From an uncultured virus (IMG/VR IMGVR_UViG_3300006105_001031) (lineage: Duplodnaviria > Heunggongvirae > Uroviricota > Caudoviricetes): 64,000 bases of DNA. Each line of letters begins with the position of its first letter. Position 1 is the first letter of the stretch. Made by a program: the position numbers and the translations under genes. The notes under the pieces were generated by a model. That model was not told where the DNA came from and searched no databases. It saw only the letters and a list, made by a program, of their open reading frames with translations. Below, piece by piece: positions 1-10,400 of this stretch. Location: positions 1 through 64,000 of the IMG/VR virus record IMGVR_UViG_3300006105_001031; one strand, given 5' to 3'.

Positions 1-1
1 A

Positions 2-1432
2 ATTACTAATGTTATTTTTAGTGGTAATTATCCTGCAGGAATATTGACAGTAACAAATATATCATGTGGCACTATTAATTATAGTAGCGGAAGCATAGTA
101 TTACAACCATGTGGTGGAATCGGGCCTCAAGGAAATATGGGACCGCAAGGTACTACAGGAGCGACCGGCCACGGAACAACTACAACCACAGCATCTGTTA
201 GTCTTGTTCAGAATACAACATTACCTGTTTTAGATAACACAGCCTTTCCTGTTGGTACCTTTGTATATGCAACCGACGGAACAGATTCTCTTCAAGGTAA
301 GGTCACTAGTATTAGTGGTTTTAATTCTGTTACAGTAAATAGATATATTTCAGTTGGAACAACACTTAGTTCAAATGCTATCGTAACATTCTCAGGGCCG
401 CAAGGAGCAACTGGACCCTCTGGTAATGACGGGCGCGGATCTACAACGAGTACAACGAACTCAACAATTTCCACTTCTATGTCGATTTCCGTCAACGACA
501 GTACTGCGTTTCCTGTTGGCTCTTACGCTTATGCTACAGACGGAACAAATTGGGCTCAAGGAAAGGTAACTTCTTCTTCTTTTGGTAGCATCACGCTCAA
601 TGCTGTTAGTTCCAACGGCACGACCTTGTCATCTGGCGCAGTAGTCACGTTCTCTGGAGCGACTGGGGCTACGGGAGCGCAGGGTCCTGCTGGGACAGGA
701 GGAGGAGGTGCTCCAAGACTAGGTGTTGTTTCTAACCACGCATCAGCATCAAAACTTCTAGATTTTACTACATATAAAATGCCAGATAGTACTGCGGCAG
801 TGGTTATTTCTGTGGCTGCTATGTCCAGCAAAACCATCGCTTCTAACTGGTCTGCTGGCGCAATTGGAGGCCTGCTTGATACAGGTTCTGTTTCTGCCAG
901 CACAACATATCATATCTATGCAATATGCAAAAGTGATCTATCTGGGGGCGATTTTATATGTTCTTTAAGCGCATCCTCGCCATCTATGCCTTCTGGATAT
1001 TCTTCAGGATATTATGTAAGAATAGCATCTCTGTACACAGATGCATCATCAAATTGGGTAATGTTTACTCAGAGATTTAATCGTTTCATTCTTGGTACTC
1101 CAGTCCACGAATTAAACGCTGTAGCTTCTGCTACTAGCGCCACAACAAAAACACTATCAAGCGTTCCTACTGGTGTTCGCGTCAAACCAAGAACAAAATG
1201 GAATGGTGGTACTGTAAACACATCAATTGGTTCAATGGATGATGTGACGACTAGCGCATCAGCATTCAATAGCAATTACGGGTATGATACAACCGGCGCA
1301 AATGGTGTTGCTGAACCAGATATTCTAACTAATACATCCGGACAAATCCAGTATATCTCTAGCGCTACTGGTGGTACAGTTTCTTGCTGGTCATATGGAT
1401 GGGAAGATATTGGTCTTCTCTGGGGCGTATAA
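2..1432 (+). CDS. Tail fibre-like protein with collagen-like G-X-Y linkers (5'-truncated by window edge)
   Basis: Frame is open from base 2 (track start is TTG at 44); GPQG/GATG triplets; two ~88-aa repeats; C-terminal GGLLDTGSV..TYHIYAI..PSGY segment resembles phage fibre domains. Confidence 0.6.
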   Translation: MTNVIFSGNYPAGILTVTNISCGTINYSSGSIVLQPCGGIGPQGNMGPQGTTGATGHGTTTTTASVSLVQNTTLPVLDNTAFPVGTFVYATDGTDSLQGKVTSISGFNSVTVNRYISVGTTLSSNAIVTFSGPQGATGPSGNDGRGSTTSTTNSTISTSMSISVNDSTAFPVGSYAYATDGTNWAQGKVTSSSFGSITLNAVSSNGTTLSSGAVVTFSGATGATGAQGPAGTGGGGAPRLGVVSNHASASKLLDFTTYKMPDSTAAVVISVAAMSSKTIASNWSAGAIGGLLDTGSVSASTTYHIYAICKSDLSGGDFICSLSASSPSMPSGYSSGYYVRIASLYTDASSNWVMFTQRFNRFILGTPVHELNAVASATSATTKTLSSVPTGVRVKPRTKWNGGTVNTSIGSMDDVTTSASAFNSNYGYDTTGANGVAEPDILTNTSGQIQYISSATGGTVSCWSYGWEDIGLLWGV

Positions 1433-1450
1433 GAGTTTAAAGGAAGTACA

Positions 1451-3463
1451 ATGACAATACAAGCAGGTTTAGCAAAATTAGACAATAATAACAGCTCTGG
1501 GTTAAACAAAGAACTGAATCTTTATCTTGCTAGATGCACACAACAACCTTCTTTAGATGAAACAAAAGCCTTAAATACTTTTATTACTTCGTTAAAAAGT
1601 GTTGGTGTTTGGTCGCTATTAGATGCCTTGTATGTCTTTAACACTAATGAATATGGCTCTCTTGGTTATAACTTAGTACAACCAAATTTTGATTGCACTA
1701 TACATACAACAAACCAAGCAGGATTTAATCCAGGTTATGGTATTCAAGGAGACGGCTCTAGTATTTGGATTGACACAAATTGTAATCTAAGAACATCTTC
1801 GGGATTACATTATGGAAATGGATCAAATGGTTCTTTAATGTTTATGTGGTCTTTAACTGATAACCAAGGACCAGCTTTTGATATTGGAGCTGATGATGGG
1901 GTTTACCAATCTGGTATTGTTGCAGATAATGGTGGGGATTCTTATTATTATACAAATTATGACCAAGGGTTTCTACCTAATGCAAACGCAAATGGATTTA
2001 CAGCCTGGTCAAAATCTCTTGCAGGATCGACATATTTTTACCAGCCATTAGGTTCTGGTAGTTTAAACGGATCAGGAGCAAATTACAGTCCAGCAAACAG
2101 CAATGTTGCAATACTTAGATCCGGAATATCTGGAAATTTTTATTCTAATAATTTAATAGCCTTGTGTGGATTTGGCGCTCGTCCTACAGTTAGACAGATG
2201 ACTTCTCTCTACATAATATGTAAAGAGTATTTAATTTCTTCAGGAAGTATTGATAATAATCCTGCGCCTCCTGGTCCTCCAAGATCAGTTCTTCCTGGAT
2301 ATTTCACGAATAACACAATCGTTACAGTGAAAAGTGTCAACGGTAGTAATTTTAGAGTATATCAGCAAAATCCACCTCCAACATCAGATGCACTAACAAA
2401 TACTTCTTATGGATTTTATCCAGTAACAGATGCTGCGACACAAGCGGTAGATCAGTTACAGCCAAGTATTACTTCGTCATCAATTAAAGGGCATCATTGG
2501 ATTTGGCACTATAGGTCATACGAGACTTTAACTAATACAGGACATGTTTTTAATGATAGAACTAATCTAATTCCGCCAGGAAGACATAACGGTACAACGA
2601 TAGCTGCAATTACTACTACAGCGGGGTACGGAACACTTCCATGTAGAGCAAGATACTCAACAATAGCAAAGGCAATTGCTGCAGTTGAAGTTTCTATTAG
2701 ATATTCTCTCGGATACCCTGCTCATGTTTCTTCTCCAACATATCTGACAATGGGTTATCTAGATGCTGCAAACGCTGCAGGTATTCCTGATACTGATGTG
2801 TATACATGGCAGTATGCCTATGTAAATAGATCTTCTGTATTTTCTAACTATTATAAATCAAGATCATTAAACGAAAAAACATATTCGTGTCTAGACAAAA
2901 TAATACTACCAGATAGTAGATTATATGATGCCAAAACTCCCGGAGGTATTGTTTTAGATAGCGAAGCACAAGATGGTAGAACGCCAGCGACTCTGCTAAC
3001 ACAACTACAGAATCTTGCAAATATCTGCGCAAACAACCCATATCGTCCGGCAGAGTTTGTTGTGTACCCAAATCCATTTAATGGTTCTGGAGCTAAAAAT
3101 ACTGGATTTGACATAACAAATCTTTATCAAATACACCAGACTCCAAATCTATTTTTATGCCCGGTTGCCTGGCAAAACAATATTGAAGGTAATCTTGCAT
3201 CATCATTGGCAAATCAATTTAATTTACTAAAAGGGCCGAACGGAGATCAACAAATTAATTACAGTAAACTTCTGATGACCTGTAGTATGTCAACTTCAAC
3301 CGGCGAATCTTTTAGCTCAACTGATATCACAACAATAAGAAGCTATTTGGCGCTTGGTATGTTAGGTGTTATGATCTGGTTAGATTTCGGTCAAGCTGGA
3401 GGACCGTTATCTACTACATATAACCAAGAACTTGCGGGTATACTAGGTCTACCTACGACATAA
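1451..3463 (+). CDS. Putative virion receptor-binding/carbohydrate-active protein
   Basis: 670 aa with RBS (AAGGAAG); two regions separated by a Pro-rich linker (NPAPPGPP); C-terminal part has GIVLDSE, a glycoside-hydrolase-like DxE; lies just upstream of the baseplate genes. Confidence 0.4.
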   Translation: MTIQAGLAKLDNNNSSGLNKELNLYLARCTQQPSLDETKALNTFITSLKSVGVWSLLDALYVFNTNEYGSLGYNLVQPNFDCTIHTTNQAGFNPGYGIQGDGSSIWIDTNCNLRTSSGLHYGNGSNGSLMFMWSLTDNQGPAFDIGADDGVYQSGIVADNGGDSYYYTNYDQGFLPNANANGFTAWSKSLAGSTYFYQPLGSGSLNGSGANYSPANSNVAILRSGISGNFYSNNLIALCGFGARPTVRQMTSLYIICKEYLISSGSIDNNPAPPGPPRSVLPGYFTNNTIVTVKSVNGSNFRVYQQNPPPTSDALTNTSYGFYPVTDAATQAVDQLQPSITSSSIKGHHWIWHYRSYETLTNTGHVFNDRTNLIPPGRHNGTTIAAITTTAGYGTLPCRARYSTIAKAIAAVEVSIRYSLGYPAHVSSPTYLTMGYLDAANAAGIPDTDVYTWQYAYVNRSSVFSNYYKSRSLNEKTYSCLDKIILPDSRLYDAKTPGGIVLDSEAQDGRTPATLLTQLQNLANICANNPYRPAEFVVYPNPFNGSGAKNTGFDITNLYQIHQTPNLFLCPVAWQNNIEGNLASSLANQFNLLKGPNGDQQINYSKLLMTCSMSTSTGESFSSTDITTIRSYLALGMLGVMIWLDFGQAGGPLSTTYNQELAGILGLPTT

Positions 3464-3466
3464 ATA
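3459..3466 (+). promoter_or_regulatory. T4-type late promoter variant (CATAAATA)
   Basis: 7/8 match to TATAAATA, ~20 nt upstream of gp25. Confidence 0.55.
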
Positions 3467-3484
3467 AAGATAAAAGAGGAATAG

Positions 3485-3910
3485 ATGGCCCAATTCAACC
3501 AAAACAACTATTCAACAGTAAATAAAGAATCAGAATATTATAGTGATTTTCTCACCAATTTTGATCCACATCCGTTTAAAAAAGATTTGGCCAGATATGT
3601 AAACGAAAATGCGGTTAAGCGTTCTATTAGAAATCTTCTTTCTACTGGAAAATATGAAAGATTATTTAATCCGACTTTAGGATCTAAAATTAATAATCTG
3701 CTGTTTGAGCCAATTGATGCTATTACAACAAATGCTATACAAGATGCAATATCAGAAACATTAAAAAATCACGAACCAAGAGCAAAAGTATTAAGTGTTA
3801 CGGCCACTCCATATCCTGATGATAATGCATATTTTATATCTATCGTATTCTATATAATAAATAATAGTGCTCCTGTAACGTTTCAGACAACCCTGTATAG
3901 AGTAAGATAA
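3485..3910 (+). CDS. gp25: Baseplate wedge subunit gp25
   Basis: NENAVKRSIRNL..GKYERLFNP.LGS..LLFEP..HEPR motifs; precedes gp6. Confidence 0.92.
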   Translation: MAQFNQNNYSTVNKESEYYSDFLTNFDPHPFKKDLARYVNENAVKRSIRNLLSTGKYERLFNPTLGSKINNLLFEPIDAITTNAIQDAISETLKNHEPRAKVLSVTATPYPDDNAYFISIVFYIINNSAPVTFQTTLYRVR

Positions 3911-3911
3911 T

Positions 3912-5711
3912 ATGGCTACACCAAATATCAATTTGACTGCAATGGATTTTGATGATATTAAAAACAATCTCAAAATGTATCTGCGTTCGCAGTCGACGTT
4001 TCAGGATTATGATTTTGATGGAAGTAACATGAGTGTCATTCTAGACATTCTTGCATATAACACCTATCTGAATAATTTCTATCTAAACATGGTCGGTTCA
4101 GAAATGTTCCTGAGTACAGCGCAGCAAAGAGACTCTGCTGTTCTTAGAGCTAAAGAACTAAATTATCTTCCAAGTTCTTTCCGATCTGCAGTAGCAAATA
4201 TCAATCTTACTATTTCGCCATCGAATTATACAAGTGCAGTTCTGGCTATACCTAAAGGTACATCTTTTACAGGTAAGTTTGGTGCAAACAATTATACATT
4301 TGTTACTGATGAAATGACCACAATTACGCAAGATCCAGTTACCGGCAATTTCTTTGCCAACAATCTTTCGATTTATGAAGGTCAATACGTAACAGAAACA
4401 TTCAACGTAAATTATTCGCTTGAGCCTCAGAAATTCGTTCTTTCTGATCCAAAAATTGATATTTCGTCTCTGACTCTGATTTCAGCAGAAAATAATGGCG
4501 CGAATCTGATTTCATATACATTCTCTTCTTCTCTTCTAGATGTCAAAAATACATCACCAGTATTCTTCTTGCAAGGAACTGAAAACAACAAATATCAATT
4601 CTATTTTGGTGATAATAATATCGGCAGAAAGCCTGCTGATGGTGCTGTGATTATTGCAGAATATAGAATACCAAATGGCGAACTACCAAACGGCGTTTCG
4701 ACATTCAGCCTTGATGCGCCAATTAACGGCCAGCAAAATGTAACAGTTACTGTTAACCAAGCAGCGCAAGGCGGTTCTATTAGTGAATCAACAGAAAGCA
4801 TTCAATATTATGCTCCTCTGTCTTATGCAACACAAGACAGAGCAATAACACAAACAGATTATGAAACTCTATTGAAGAGCAAGTTCCCTGAAATTTCTGC
4901 TATTTCAGTTTATGGTGGCGAAACACTAACTCCACCACAATACGGCAAAGTATTCATATCTCTGGCTATTAAAAATTATGCAGGCATTCCTGATACAAAA
5001 CAGACTGAATACGGAAACTATATTTCAGCAAGAGCTCCGACTACGATAACTCCAGTATTTGTTCTACCAAATTATCTGTATGTTAGAGTTAAATCGACGG
5101 TAAATTACAATATCAATATGACAGCATTGTCTCCAAATGACATTTCTACTCTAGTTGCATCAGCAGTGCAAACATACAACACAACGTATTTGAACGATTT
5201 CAAAACAACTCTGCACTACAGTAAAATTGTTGAAGCTATAGACGCTACAACTTCAAGCATCGTAAGCAATGAAACTGATGTTGACATGTTCATTAAGGTA
5301 AATCCAACAACAAACGGAATACCTCAGAATTTTACAGTCAACTTTAATACAGAATTAGAAAATACGGTTCCACCGATCCCTTTAATACATGGAGCATCAC
5401 AAATCCATGCTGTAAGTTCAAGCAAATTCTTATATGAAGGCAAGTTTGTAGAACTAGAAGATGACTCTCAGGGCAATATCAGGCTAGTTACTTCTTCTAA
5501 CGGTCTTCACTATACTTTACAGAATGTAGGTACTGTGAACTATGATACTGGTGTTGTTACAATTACGAATTTGATTGTTTCTTCGTATTTTGGTGACAGT
5601 ATTAGAATTTACGCTACGCCAAGAAATAAAGATTTTGCTTCAACACAAAATACTATTTTGACTATCGCTAATGATGAGATTAATCTCACTGTAAATCAAG
5701 TTAGAATTTAA
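3912..5711 (+). CDS. gp6: Baseplate wedge subunit gp6
   Basis: DFDDIKNNL..FQDYDFDGSNMSVILDILAYNTY; QDRAITQTDYE; GTVNYDTG. Confidence 0.93.
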   Translation: MATPNINLTAMDFDDIKNNLKMYLRSQSTFQDYDFDGSNMSVILDILAYNTYLNNFYLNMVGSEMFLSTAQQRDSAVLRAKELNYLPSSFRSAVANINLTISPSNYTSAVLAIPKGTSFTGKFGANNYTFVTDEMTTITQDPVTGNFFANNLSIYEGQYVTETFNVNYSLEPQKFVLSDPKIDISSLTLISAENNGANLISYTFSSSLLDVKNTSPVFFLQGTENNKYQFYFGDNNIGRKPADGAVIIAEYRIPNGELPNGVSTFSLDAPINGQQNVTVTVNQAAQGGSISESTESIQYYAPLSYATQDRAITQTDYETLLKSKFPEISAISVYGGETLTPPQYGKVFISLAIKNYAGIPDTKQTEYGNYISARAPTTITPVFVLPNYLYVRVKSTVNYNINMTALSPNDISTLVASAVQTYNTTYLNDFKTTLHYSKIVEAIDATTSSIVSNETDVDMFIKVNPTTNGIPQNFTVNFNTELENTVPPIPLIHGASQIHAVSSSKFLYEGKFVELEDDSQGNIRLVTSSNGLHYTLQNVGTVNYDTGVVTITNLIVSSYFGDSIRIYATPRNKDFASTQNTILTIANDEINLTVNQVRI

Positions 5712-8533
5712 TGGAAAACGTAGAACTTTACATATCGAATTTAATTCAGAACCAATTCCCTTCTTTCTATAAGTCTGAAGGGCCGATGCTTATTGCATTC
5801 GTTCAAGCATATTATGAATGGCTAGAATTAAATTCGTGGGTAGATTCTACAGGAACCACACAAACTGGTGGACAAACCCTTTATAATTCAAGAAGATTGC
5901 TTGATTACTCTGATATTGACAATACTGTTGATCAGTTTCTGGTATATTTCAAAAACACATATCTTCAAGGTATGCAGTTTAATACAGAAACAGATAAGCG
6001 TCTTGTTGTAAAAAGAGTTCTTGATCTTTATAGAACAAAGGGATCGCCGAGAGCTATTCAGCTTCTATTCAAACTGTTATTTGCTGAAGATGTTACATTA
6101 TACTATCCTGGACAAAATGTCTTTAAAACTTCAGACAACAAATGGGTGGTCCCTCAGTATCTAGAAGTGACATATGTTCCTAATTTGAATCAGTATGTCG
6201 GACAAGAAATTGTTGGTGTTAATTCTGGCGCTACAGCTTTTGTGGACAGTGTCGTAACAGGCGGTGTTAGCTCTAAGTATGTGAATATTTTTTATCTATC
6301 GAATATCAAAAACAACTTTGTTACTGGAGAACTTGTTACTCTTGCTTCTAATCCTGTAACAAGTAACGTTCCTACTGTTGTCGGTTCTGCAACAAGCCTA
6401 CAGATTGTGAGCGGCGGCGCGGGGTTCAGCGTAGGAAATATCGTTGACTTAATTCCACAACAAACTACATTTAGTGGTTCTGGAGGTAAAGCTGTTGTTG
6501 CTAATATTTCTAATATATCAGGAACTACGACATATACATTAACTGATGGAGGATTTGGCTATAACGCTATTACTTCTAATCTTATTGTATCAAGCAATGT
6601 TGTATTTTTGACAAATGTTCAAGTCAATAATACTACATTGAACATTGCTCCTTATGGTCCATTAGAGAAACTTACTTTTTCTAATTCTACAGGTGGGACG
6701 ATAACGGCGAATGCTGTGGGCGTATCTTCTAACACTATATTGTATGTAAATAATGTAAACGGAACATTTTCTGCTCAAGAATCATTGAGTGTTGGTGGAA
6801 ACGCAACAGCGGTTCTTTCTTATTCCTCAACAGCAAATGCAACCACACAAGTATTAACTACAACCAAGCGTTCTGGAGTGTTTATTACAGGGCAGACAGT
6901 GAAAGGTCTTTCTTCTGGCGCAACAGCGACGCTGGCCAGTTATAACATGTATGTGGGTATCAACAATCTTTCTGATTCGATTAATGCAACACAATTTACA
7001 AAAGTTGTTGGATATAATCCTCCATTATTGATAAATGCGAATTCAGCAGTTTCTAACTCAGGAACATCTAGTGCTAGAATTCTTGCTGCTAATCCATATT
7101 CTAATGGTCAAGCATTATTTTACACCAACAGTGTTGGAGCTACTGCAATTGGTGGATTAGCTAACGGCACCACATATTATGCAACATACGTAAATACTAG
7201 TGGGTTTTCATTGTCTTCATCTTCTGGTGGAGCAAACATAACCTTTTATGCAAACTCTACATCAAACAGCGTTTCTTTTGCACCAAACGTAGCGACCATA
7301 GCTACAGTCAATGCTGTAATGTATGGCCAATCTTCTAACGTAAAGATTGTTAGCGTAACAAATACAGATTCTAATTTCTGGGTTGCTACTGACTCAATAG
7401 CAACCTATGCAAATACAAAATTGAATGCTGCTGCATATGCATTCCCTGCAAATGCATCAACTAATGCAACAAATTATAGTATTTCTACTGCTTTAGCTTT
7501 TGGTAAATATTCTAACTCTGTTGGGTTTATTACTCAAATACAAACAACAAGTCCTGGGTATTCATATTCGTATCCTCCTTTCGTTCTTGCGCAAGCTAAT
7601 ACTGGTGTTACGCAATTATACGAAAAAGATTATATTATGTCTGTTAATGCTGCAGCTTCTGCATTTAAGGTTGGTGATTATCTTTACCAAAACGTGGCGG
7701 CCACAAACTCTGTAACTCTTGCAGTAAATGGAACAACTGGATTTGGATACAGTCGAGCAGTGTATCAAAGTAATGGATCATACACATGCGCGAACGGCGT
7801 TATTATTGATATTCCTGATACAACACATATTGCAATAAAGACAACTAGTGGCGGATTTACAACAAACTCGTCGTTTATATTATACGACAATTCTACGAAG
7901 AATGCTGCGACAGTTAGTACAATAAATTCAACGGCTTATGCTTTTGTAGCTAAAGGTGTTGTTACTGCAGGATCAGGAAACACAATCTATGTGGAGAGAT
8001 TATCTGCACAGCAGTCATTTGTTGCCAATAGCTCTATACCTCTTACAAATAACACACAGGGATCTTCTTTCCAGATCTATACGGTTGCATCAAATCCAAA
8101 TAGACAAATTTCGGGTCTTAATGCAGTAATCACTTCTGCCATACAAACAGGAAACGGCTCAGTAACACAGCTTACATTAATTGATTCTGGATTCGGATAT
8201 ACAAATACTGCTTTAGTCAATTTTGTAAGCGAATCTAATGCTTCTGCAGTTGGGGTTGCTTCTGTCGTAACATCTACGCAAGGAAAGTCGCTAGGATATT
8301 ATAAATATAATAATAGCTTTTTGGATAGTAATCAATATGTACAGGATGGGTATTATTACCAACCATTTTCTTATGAGATACAGAGTTCTTTGGATTTGAG
8401 TGTTTATTCTGATGTTGTAAAGAAAGTAGTGCATATTGCAGGAACCCAGATGTTTGGTTCTGTGCACAAAACTGCTTCTATCGATATCGGCCAATACTCG
8501 GGTGCAGGGGTTCCTTCTATTACACTATCATAA
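5711..8533 (+). CDS. gp7: Baseplate wedge initiator gp7-like protein
   Basis: N-terminal QFPSFY..FVQAYYEWLE..DIDNT..LYRTKGS; C-terminal QDGYYYQPFSYEI..VKKVVHIAG; lies between gp6 and gp8. Confidence 0.75.
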   Translation: MENVELYISNLIQNQFPSFYKSEGPMLIAFVQAYYEWLELNSWVDSTGTTQTGGQTLYNSRRLLDYSDIDNTVDQFLVYFKNTYLQGMQFNTETDKRLVVKRVLDLYRTKGSPRAIQLLFKLLFAEDVTLYYPGQNVFKTSDNKWVVPQYLEVTYVPNLNQYVGQEIVGVNSGATAFVDSVVTGGVSSKYVNIFYLSNIKNNFVTGELVTLASNPVTSNVPTVVGSATSLQIVSGGAGFSVGNIVDLIPQQTTFSGSGGKAVVANISNISGTTTYTLTDGGFGYNAITSNLIVSSNVVFLTNVQVNNTTLNIAPYGPLEKLTFSNSTGGTITANAVGVSSNTILYVNNVNGTFSAQESLSVGGNATAVLSYSSTANATTQVLTTTKRSGVFITGQTVKGLSSGATATLASYNMYVGINNLSDSINATQFTKVVGYNPPLLINANSAVSNSGTSSARILAANPYSNGQALFYTNSVGATAIGGLANGTTYYATYVNTSGFSLSSSSGGANITFYANSTSNSVSFAPNVATIATVNAVMYGQSSNVKIVSVTNTDSNFWVATDSIATYANTKLNAAAYAFPANASTNATNYSISTALAFGKYSNSVGFITQIQTTSPGYSYSYPPFVLAQANTGVTQLYEKDYIMSVNAAASAFKVGDYLYQNVAATNSVTLAVNGTTGFGYSRAVYQSNGSYTCANGVIIDIPDTTHIAIKTTSGGFTTNSSFILYDNSTKNAATVSTINSTAYAFVAKGVVTAGSGNTIYVERLSAQQSFVANSSIPLTNNTQGSSFQIYTVASNPNRQISGLNAVITSAIQTGNGSVTQLTLIDSGFGYTNTALVNFVSESNASAVGVASVVTSTQGKSLGYYKYNNSFLDSNQYVQDGYYYQPFSYEIQSSLDLSVYSDVVKKVVHIAGTQMFGSVHKTASIDIGQYSGAGVPSITLS

Positions 8534-8560
8534 ATATAATAAATTAAACTGGGATTAATA

Positions 8561-10387
8561 ATGGCTTCATATATTCAAACAATTACGAATTTGTATAGAA
8601 TGCACAATGCAATGGAATTTGCAAATAGCGTTTCTACATCAAATTCAACGTATTATGTTTTCGCAGGTAAGCCTACTCCGTTTTCTCAGGGTGATACTGT
8701 AATTGATACTCCAGTTGATAATATTCAAACAACAAGACACAATTATTGGCAAGATATGTTGTTTGGAGTCAAATTAAACTCAACAAACGTAAACTTAGCA
8801 GTGAATAGATATGACTGGGCCTCGGGTACAGTATATACGCCATATGATGATACTAATTCTTCATTGTATTCATCTCAATTTTATGTTGGTGTTCAAAACG
8901 GTTCATACTACGACGTATTCAAATGTTTGGACAATAATAACGGCGCAGCATCGACAGTAACTCCAGTTAAATCTCAAGCTGCTTCTCTTGGAAATTTCTA
9001 TTTCACAAGCGATGGTTATAATTGGAAATACATGTTCAGCATAAGCTCTACTGCATTCAGTACCTTTGCCACAACAAACTACATTCCTGTTATCGCTAAC
9101 ACTTCAGTTGTTTCTGCGGCTATTCCTGGAACAATTAACAAAATAAAAATATCGAATGGTGGATCCGGATATAATAATTATCTAACAGGAACTTTATCGT
9201 ATAATCAAATCTATTTTACTGGAACAAACAGCCGCAATCCAATCCAGTATATGCTACCTAGCACTGCAAACACAACAACAAACTACTATCAAGGATGCTA
9301 CCTATACATGAATGGTGGCTCTTCTGTTGGTAGTTATGCTGAAATTGCAAGTTCTGTTTATAATCCAACATATGGCGGAGTTATAATTACTCTAGTCAAT
9401 TCTTTACAGAATTTAGCCCAACCGAATGATACATTTGTTGTTGGTCCTAAAGTTGTAATTACTGGTGATGGATATCAAACATCAAACGCATATGCTATTG
9501 CTGTTGTAAATTCTTCATCGACAGCAATTAACAATATCACCATACTTTCTCAAGGACAAGGTTATAGCTCTGCTGTTGCATCTGTTTATTCTGCGCCTAT
9601 TGTTGGGATTTCTAATTCTGCTGTAGTAGCGGCTGTAATCAGCCCAATACAAGGCCATGGGGCTAATCCTATTGAAGAGCTTAATGCCAAATACGTTTCA
9701 GTAAGCGCAAAGTTTGCTAATAGTATAAGCAATACAATTTACGCATCAGGTACATATAGAACAGTAGGCATCGTAAGAGATCCTCAATTTGCAAACGTCT
9801 ATGTCGATGTGTCAAGTATTAGCAATTTTGTTCGTGGAGAAAATGTAACCCAGCCAGCAACTGGAGCTTTCGGTAAAATCGTTTCTTTTGATACAATTAA
9901 TGGTGCGCTGTATTTAACGAATGTTAATGGAAAATTTGTAACAGGAAACAGTACTTCTAACTCTATTTACGGAAGCACTTCTGGGGTAAATACGTATTTG
10001 ACAGCAAACGCTGTCATTTCAGGAAGAAATAAAGGTTCTGTAGGCTTTACTACCTTCAACCAAACATATACGTATACTGGAGCATTCCTCTCGCAAGGAT
10101 TCTCAAATGGTGAAATTGTTTATATTGGAGCAAATTCTTCTTCAGGAAATACCGCAGTTTGCCTATTTTCTAATAGCACAACAGCTGTAGTTACAAACAA
10201 AATGGGTCTGTTTCCAGTTGGGTCTTCATTAATTGGTGCGAAAAGTCAAGCGAATTTCAGCATATATAGTGAAACGCTTCCTGATATTATTCAAGGTAGT
10301 GGTGACATCCTTTATGTTGAAAACATTACACCAATCACAAGATCAAACACGCAAACCGAAAATATTAATTTGACTCTTTCGTTTTAA
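8561..10387 (+). CDS. gp8: Baseplate wedge subunit gp8
   Basis: RYDWASGTVY.PYDD, VFKCLDNN, DGYNWKYMF, GHGANPIEEL, SGDILYVEN..ITRS..QTENI. Confidence 0.88.
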   Translation: MASYIQTITNLYRMHNAMEFANSVSTSNSTYYVFAGKPTPFSQGDTVIDTPVDNIQTTRHNYWQDMLFGVKLNSTNVNLAVNRYDWASGTVYTPYDDTNSSLYSSQFYVGVQNGSYYDVFKCLDNNNGAASTVTPVKSQAASLGNFYFTSDGYNWKYMFSISSTAFSTFATTNYIPVIANTSVVSAAIPGTINKIKISNGGSGYNNYLTGTLSYNQIYFTGTNSRNPIQYMLPSTANTTTNYYQGCYLYMNGGSSVGSYAEIASSVYNPTYGGVIITLVNSLQNLAQPNDTFVVGPKVVITGDGYQTSNAYAIAVVNSSSTAINNITILSQGQGYSSAVASVYSAPIVGISNSAVVAAVISPIQGHGANPIEELNAKYVSVSAKFANSISNTIYASGTYRTVGIVRDPQFANVYVDVSSISNFVRGENVTQPATGAFGKIVSFDTINGALYLTNVNGKFVTGNSTSNSIYGSTSGVNTYLTANAVISGRNKGSVGFTTFNQTYTYTGAFLSQGFSNGEIVYIGANSSSGNTAVCLFSNSTTAVVTNKMGLFPVGSSLIGAKSQANFSIYSETLPDIIQGSGDILYVENITPITRSNTQTENINLTLSF

Positions 10388-10400
10388 AAGGGAATATTGA

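Noticed and set aside
8300..8307. TATAAATA inside the gp7 3' end
   Set aside because: About 250 nt from the gp8 start, while a closer CATAAATA exists at 8529; cannot be distinguished from chance in AT-rich coding DNA
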